From positions 1 to 50,141 of the IMG/VR virus record IMGVR_UViG_3300030099_002171: a stretch of DNA of 50,141 nt, one strand, 5' to 3'. This document shows, in pieces, positions 45,064-50,141 of the stretch. The stretch comes from a virus (taxonomy: Duplodnaviria > Caudoviricetes). The notes beneath the pieces were generated by a model. The model was not told the origin of the DNA and searched no databases. It saw only the letters and a program-made list of their open reading frames with translations. Made by a program: the position numbers and the translations under genes. The first letter of the stretch is position 1; every line of letters starts with the position of its first letter.

Positions 45064-46451
45064 GCTGATAACCCGTTTACGTGTATGCTAATGGTACCAA
45101 AACCTAATTGTCCATCAGAGTTTGTACTGCAATTTCTAAATTGACCGTGAAGTCTAAAGAATCTAAGCGAGTTAGATGGAATTGATAGAAGCATAGTTAA
45201 GGTATTTTGACTTCCAGTCAAACTACCTGTGCTAAGAAACTGTCGGAAACTAGTAGGGTTAGTAGCATGGGCACTACTGCTAGATACACTAAAGGTGCTT
45301 ATAATTTCTGAAGTAGATGAAAATGAGCCAACAGGTTTAAAAGTACATACGCAGATATAATTTTTAGCTGCCCCTCCCGCATGAACAGGAAAATTCACAC
45401 TAAAATTAACTAAATTTGTCATAACAGTGCCTGCAGAGGTTGTTAAAGGGTTACTGCCCCCAACAAACTGCGACAGGGCAAAAGTTTCATTACCTGGAGA
45501 ACTATTTTTTGTAGTCTGATTAAAACTAACAGTCCCCATTGTTCCGCTGATAGCTTTTCCGCCGACATTTAAAGTTTCTGCAGTAATTTTATCGGCACTC
45601 AACTCCCCTATCTTAGCTGAAGTAATAGTAGCGTTAGCCATTTTTGCGGCATCTACTGCTAGATCTTCTATCTTTGCAGTTGTTATAGCTGCATCCTTAA
45701 TTTGCGCACCGCCAATCGCAAGGTTACCAATAACACCGTCATTAGCCACAATAGCATCAGTCGCAAGCTTGCCTGCAATAACCGAGTTACCCGCTAGAAT
45801 ATCAGACGTTATAGTTTCGTTTTCCATCTTAGCGTTAGTTAAAGTTTTATCAACTAATTTAGTATTATCAATAATTGCATTTTCAATTCTTGCTGCGTTT
45901 ACTTGAGCGGTAGTAGCGCTTACCGAAGAAGAAAACGTACCCGTTATATTGTTTCTGTTTACGTGACGTATCCAGTAAAAAAAAGTTTGTGCGGTATCAA
46001 CAGTGTCAGACCAAACACTAGCACTTACCGTATCTACTCGAGTAGCAGAACCTAAGTTATCGCTACCATTACGCCAAACTTCAGTAAAAGCTAGATTACT
46101 TATCTGCGGATCATTCCAACTAAGAGTAATCGTAGTAAAAGCAGCCCCTGCGGACAGCCCTGTGGGCGTTGGTGGCACAGGGGCGCTTGGATCCGGTTGT
46201 ACAAAAGCGGGTAAAGCAAAATCAGTTTCTCCTGTTCCTGCATTAGGGTCAAAAGGGTTATCTTTTAGTTCAACTGCTAAACCGCTATCTACTAATTCTC
46301 TTAGAGTTATTGCTCTATCTCTAGGGTCACCTCGTCTACCTAACCTTACCTCTGAGGCTTCTTTGAGAGAGTCTAATACTCTTTTTATTTTAGGATCGAT
46401 ATCAGCTGGAATATCTATGATTGCAGGTACTTTAGTTCCTGTTGTGCTCAT
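45060..46451 (-). CDS. Tail fibre/spike protein with an FN3-like domain
   Basis: PP.PTGL...LSW...EVWR...YWIR.V; ITxAKI repeats. Confidence 0.7.
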   Translation of the reverse strand: MSTTGTKVPAIIDIPADIDPKIKRVLDSLKEASEVRLGRRGDPRDRAITLRELVDSGLAVELKDNPFDPNAGTGETDFALPAFVQPDPSAPVPPTPTGLSAGAAFTTITLSWNDPQISNLAFTEVWRNGSDNLGSATRVDTVSASVWSDTVDTAQTFFYWIRHVNRNNITGTFSSSVSATTAQVNAARIENAIIDNTKLVDKTLTNAKMENETITSDILAGNSVIAGKLATDAIVANDGVIGNLAIGGAQIKDAAITTAKIEDLAVDAAKMANATITSAKIGELSADKITAETLNVGGKAISGTMGTVSFNQTTKNSSPGNETFALSQFVGGSNPLTTSAGTVMTNLVNFSVNFPVHAGGAAKNYICVCTFKPVGSFSSTSEIISTFSVSSSSAHATNPTSFRQFLSTGSLTGSQNTLTMLLSIPSNSLRFFRLHGQFRNCSTNSDGQLGFGTISIHVNGLSA

Positions 46452-48199
46452 TAGATACTCCTTAGTTCTTCCATGCTTTCTGCGATGGCTATCTCATTTA
46501 CGACTTGGGCTCCACTAACTTCTATTGCAAACGTTTTATGTTTACTAGCAGGTAGTCTAAGAATTGGTTCAGAAATAGAAGTAGCACTAAACGAAGTGGG
46601 TGCAGCTCCCGTTACACTGAATACAGATCCTGACGTTGTAATCGTAGCATCGTATATCTCTGTACCATCACCAAAAACTTTTACTCTAATACCTGGACTT
46701 GCAAACGATTCTGCCTCAACTTTTACAAAAGCCATACTAGTTAGTTTTGGCATGACTATCTCTTTTGTTTTAAAAGTTAAAGTTTGGTTATTTGAACCGT
46801 TTTGATATCTTTCTATATTGGTTGTACTACCGTTATCCACGATTACATACAACTCGTTGTTATCCGGATCAGTGTAACCACCTGTAGGAATGGTAGTAGA
46901 GGTGGCTGTAAGGTTAGTAAAAGCATTTTTACCACCCCTAGGATCAAAGATAAAGCCACCTCTGTTACCGCTGCTGTTAAAGTAACCAATGTACTTACCC
47001 TCGTGTAAAAAACCTTGAATGCTATCTGGGTAGTAATTAGCACGCCACGTTTCTGGATCAATAATTGGTTCTGTTATTACACCAACTGATGTACCTTCTA
47101 CGAGCACAAGTCCGTCAGGAGAAGCATAAATAACGTAATCACCCATATCCACCATAGAACGTTTGTTTAAGCAGGCTTGTGCGGCTTCAAGCCTTATGAT
47201 ACTCATAGATTGAGGATCTGTACCTGCTACAAGATACGGTGTACCTTTTGTACCTACAAACAAACCACTGCCGGTCATGGCAATAGCAACTATTTCTTCT
47301 TCAAGTGTTATACGGAACGCTACCGGCCAAGCATGCGGTAAGAAGGGTTCAGAAAAACATAAACGTTTTCCTGTAAACCCAGCAAGCACGCCATTAGGCA
47401 TAGCGGTTAGTCCAATCATTTTACCGTTAGGGTAGGTACTAGTATCTTCATCGGGTGGGGCAATGTGAAAAGTAGACGGGATAATCTCTGCTAAATTTGC
47501 GTTGGTTGTATTGTCTGTAGTTGAGGCCGTGGCTAGAGTTACTTCTTTTACAAATTGAAAGTTAGTAGTATTAGAACCTGTGTTGGATCTGTAGATACGT
47601 TTTTTAGACAGGTTAGTATTACTTTTAGCAGTAGAAGTATCCATACCTGAGATAGTTACAGTTTGTGCGTCTACTTTAGTGAGTACAGTAGAAGCAGGAG
47701 ACGGCGGTCCTTCTTCTCCAAAAGCAGATACAAATGTGTACACGTACGAGGTACTAAACTGAGTTTGTGTGCCATCATCACTACCCGAAGTTATACTTGT
47801 AGTCGGTGCGTTTGCGGGTGCAGGTATGCCTAATCTAAAAAAGTTTCTTGGAAAATCTCCAGAACCTCCCGCAGTTATAATCTCAGTAGAACTTGCCATC
47901 TGCGGAAAAGTGTTACCTGTCCAATACAATCTATCAAAAGCATCGTCTGGCACTGGACCGGGGACTACGTTTACATCATTGGTAAACTGTAAGTAATAAG
48001 TGCTACCACTAAAATCATATTTATAAGCCGAGGTTCTACCATCTGTTATTTGTTGTACGTTAGAGTTATCTTTCACAGGCGTAAGTACACCAGCATCAAG
48101 ATTTACATCTTTAGCTTCTTGTCCTATATCATTCGCTAATAATCTAGCAGATAATTTAGGAGCAATACCAGCAAAACTTGTAATCTTAAATGCAGCCAT
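46451..48199 (-). CDS. Tail tubular/nozzle (DNA stabilisation) protein
   Basis: F.GIAP, YVYTFV...GEE..PS, RIYRS, FSEP..PHAWP, YASPDGLV. Confidence 0.65.
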   Translation of the reverse strand: MAAFKITSFAGIAPKLSARLLANDIGQEAKDVNLDAGVLTPVKDNSNVQQITDGRTSAYKYDFSGSTYYLQFTNDVNVVPGPVPDDAFDRLYWTGNTFPQMASSTEIITAGGSGDFPRNFFRLGIPAPANAPTTSITSGSDDGTQTQFSTSYVYTFVSAFGEEGPPSPASTVLTKVDAQTVTISGMDTSTAKSNTNLSKKRIYRSNTGSNTTNFQFVKEVTLATASTTDNTTNANLAEIIPSTFHIAPPDEDTSTYPNGKMIGLTAMPNGVLAGFTGKRLCFSEPFLPHAWPVAFRITLEEEIVAIAMTGSGLFVGTKGTPYLVAGTDPQSMSIIRLEAAQACLNKRSMVDMGDYVIYASPDGLVLVEGTSVGVITEPIIDPETWRANYYPDSIQGFLHEGKYIGYFNSSGNRGGFIFDPRGGKNAFTNLTATSTTIPTGGYTDPDNNELYVIVDNGSTTNIERYQNGSNNQTLTFKTKEIVMPKLTSMAFVKVEAESFASPGIRVKVFGDGTEIYDATITTSGSVFSVTGAAPTSFSATSISEPILRLPASKHKTFAIEVSGAQVVNEIAIAESMEELRSI

Positions 48200-48597
48200 T
48201 AATTACCCTTAGTAACTTTTTGTTGCTTCTCATATGTCCTGAGCCCTGCCATTCCGAGCATCGCCATAAGAATTGTAGAGAGTTGTGAAAAATCAAACTC
48301 AGGTAAATCAACTTGAATACCTGCAATACCCACGGCAAATTGAATCATAGGTGCAAGGATAAAGTGATACAACATGGCTAAACTACAGACCCAGCCAACA
48401 CTCGGTCTCCATCCACTTACAAAGATAGATTTATGTTGTGCTTCTAACTTATTAACTTCTAGCTGTGCTAGATTAGCAGTTTGTAATTGTGTCTTGAGCT
48501 CATGCTCAAGTTTCATTTTTAAATTTTTATCTGCAACAAATTTACCAAGCACTTTACCTGCGATACCTACTACAGAATTAGTTATGGGATCTGCCAT
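48199..48597 (-). CDS. 3-TM holin (GTA-type)
   Basis: EA.H.S.FV.GWRP.VGWVC...MLG..GLR..EK. Confidence 0.8.
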   Translation of the reverse strand: MADPITNSVVGIAGKVLGKFVADKNLKMKLEHELKTQLQTANLAQLEVNKLEAQHKSIFVSGWRPSVGWVCSLAMLYHFILAPMIQFAVGIAGIQVDLPEFDFSQLSTILMAMLGMAGLRTYEKQQKVTKGN

Positions 48598-48598
48598 A

Positions 48599-48883
48599 TT
48601 AACCTCCTATGCGTAAAAAATACGCTATTAATCCAATGCTCGCTGCTACTATTATCCACATGAACCGTTCTATAAACCGCCCAGTGTTAGAATTAACATC
48701 AGCTTGAGCTTCAACTTCTTCTAAACGTTGTTCTATTTTATCCATACGGGTGAAAAACCTGTCATTTTGTTTAAGAACAGTGGCTACTCTTTCTTCAATA
48801 CGAGCGATAGACACGACTGCATCAGCTAATCGATCTAACTTCGTTTCTATTTTTTCTAGTCTTTGTTCTTGTATCTCACTCAT
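48599..48883 (-). CDS. Coiled-coil protein with a C-terminal TM segment
   Basis: GGAG RBS before ATG 48883; RLEKIE.KLD...ARIEER. Confidence 0.6.
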   Translation of the reverse strand: MSEIQEQRLEKIETKLDRLADAVVSIARIEERVATVLKQNDRFFTRMDKIEQRLEEVEAQADVNSNTGRFIERFMWIIVAASIGLIAYFLRIGG

Positions 48884-49253
48884 AACTCCAAACCCAAGGC
48901 CTAGGTCTGGAATTAGTAGCTTCAAGAGTATCTAGATGGATAAATCTAGTGTCGCCATGTTGCTTCACACCAAGCCCGGTTATCCCGTTTTGTAACGCTA
49001 CTTCTATACATTTTAAGGCGTCTTGCCCTCTAATTAGTATGTCTACAGCCTTGCCACTTGCGTGAGCTCCTGGTCGTGATTTTTTTGCTTCTACAGGATG
49101 CGTTGGATCTCTGTAGGCACTTGTTATTATAAACGGAACCCCTACTTCTTCCCTAATTTTTTCTAAAATTTCCATAAATTCTGGATCCATATTGCAAATA
49201 CCAGTGTGTTTGCACTTAAGTTCATCTTCTGAAAAATATTTCCAATTATTCAT
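48876..49253 (-). CDS. Endolysin, peptidase M15A family
   Basis: YFS..EL.C...ITSAYR...H...G.H..G.AVD...FIHLD. Confidence 0.85.
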   Translation of the reverse strand: MNNWKYFSEDELKCKHTGICNMDPEFMEILEKIREEVGVPFIITSAYRDPTHPVEAKKSRPGAHASGKAVDILIRGQDALKCIEVALQNGITGLGVKQHGDTRFIHLDTLEATNSRPRPWVWSYE

Positions 49254-49470
49254 TTTCTTTATATTCAGGTATTTTATCCTCTGCTATTGCAGCTTTTAAC
49301 TCTGCCATGGATTCTTTTCTTGCATTTTCAGTCTTTTTTAACTCAAACGCTTTTTCTTGCAAGTCTTCCTGAAGTTTAACAACAAAGTTAAAAAGTTCTT
49401 TTACTTTAATAGTTAAGTCCTCTACTTTGTACGTAACTCCGTCCAATGTTACTTTTTCTATTTCTTTCAT
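49246..49470 (-). CDS. Hypothetical coiled-coil protein
   Basis: VTLDG..Y..EDL; a type often found downstream of tail fibres. Confidence 0.6.
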   Translation of the reverse strand: MKEIEKVTLDGVTYKVEDLTIKVKELFNFVVKLQEDLQEKAFELKKTENARKESMAELKAAIAEDKIPEYKENE

Positions 49471-49817
49471 TAGCTACCTATAGTTTTAGTGACAGATGTA
49501 GGTGTAATCTTTTCAGCTATACTAGCGTCAAGACCAGCTTTCATTGCAGTAACTGCATCAGCTCCTAAAGCTGCTTCAACCCAACCTTGCACATCACTTG
49601 CTGTTAAGTCTGCAAAAGCTTTGAAGCTTGATAAGTCTGAAGTGTCTACTGTCTGAGTACCGTAAACACCTGCAGTCCAGTTATTACCTTCTGAGTCTTT
49701 ATTAGTGTCATCAGTAGCTGTTAGTCTCCAGTGAACATTGTGCACTACATCAGACTTAGAATCCTTTGTAGGATAAGTGTCAACTGTACTTACATCCCAT
49801 GTGTATGATATTGCCAT
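49470..49817 (-). CDS. Tail-fibre-associated protein
   Basis: YTW.V...DVV..VHW...F..F.DLT...V.GWV. Confidence 0.65.
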   Translation of the reverse strand: MAISYTWDVSTVDTYPTKDSKSDVVHNVHWRLTATDDTNKDSEGNNWTAGVYGTQTVDTSDLSSFKAFADLTASDVQGWVEAALGADAVTAMKAGLDASIAEKITPTSVTKTIGS

Positions 49818-49818
49818 T

Positions 49819-50141
49819 TTATCCTCCTTTTAAAGTGTTAACTTCAGATTGTAACGCTTCAATCTGTGTTTGTTGTTCTTGTATTGCTTTGAACAACATG
49901 GGAATCATTCTAGTAGCTGACAATGTTTTAAAATCATCAACTTCTACATTTTTTATTTTTCTTGTTATTGTTTCTACATATTGTGGAGCAACTTTTTCAA
50001 CTTCTTGTGCAATAAATCCAAAACGAGTTTTATCACTTGTTGAAGCCATCAAAAGATTGCCATCATCATCTGTTGAATCATCATTATATTTAAAAGTAAC
50101 AGGTCTTAATTTTTTCACTATCTCAAGACCATCAGTTAAAT
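49819..50141 (-). CDS. Tail fibre C-terminus with peptidase S74 chaperone domain (partial)
   Basis: Open to the window end: LTDGLEIVKKLRPVTFKY...GFIAQEVE...KAIQEQQ.QIE.L. Confidence 0.85.
   Translation of the reverse strand, partial: LTDGLEIVKKLRPVTFKYNDDSTDDDGNLLMASTSDKTRFGFIAQEVEKVAPQYVETITRKIKNVEVDDFKTLSATRMIPMLFKAIQEQQTQIEALQSEVNTLKGG

Noticed and set aside
1-50141. Stop-codon reassignment, or exact circular closure of the window
   Set aside because: Genes tile densely under the standard code with all three stops in use. Joining the ends breaks the fibre reading frame.

Overview
The window looks like a nearly complete, AT-rich genome of a tailed dsDNA phage with podovirus-type organisation, probably marine. 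CsrA-like and DUF1289-like genes hint at a gammaproteobacterial host (inference). There are two transcription blocks. The minus-strand late block (1-22238 and 42489-50141) has terminases, portal, scaffold, an N4-gp56-type major capsid, adaptors, internal virion proteins (one of 2056 aa), tail proteins, a holin, an M15 endolysin and a cluster of very basic small proteins. The plus-strand early/replication block (22537-42492) has a MoxR-type AAA plus metallopeptidase-vWA module, a pyrimidine-dimer glycosylase-like protein, PolA (Leu762 type), a CsrA homologue, primase-helicase, a Cas4-like nuclease, an SNF2 helicase, a probable SSB, a VRR-NUC nuclease and an HNH protein. Both window ends lie inside tail-fibre coding sequence. 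No integrase, RNA polymerase, RNR, tRNA or CRISPR array was recognised. The most notable unexplained signal is a tandem array of three structured units at 30120-30557. They share an internal-loop motif (TTGATACGACC / YWGAYACCA), their flanking stems differ in sequence but keep pairing, and a possible pseudoknot follows. Other signals are a two-unit stem array at 25055-25172, a TGTACC iteron field at 23539-23860 and a lone inverted capsid-decoration-like gene with its own promoter and operator-like palindrome. All protein calls come from motif recognition by eye, not database searches.
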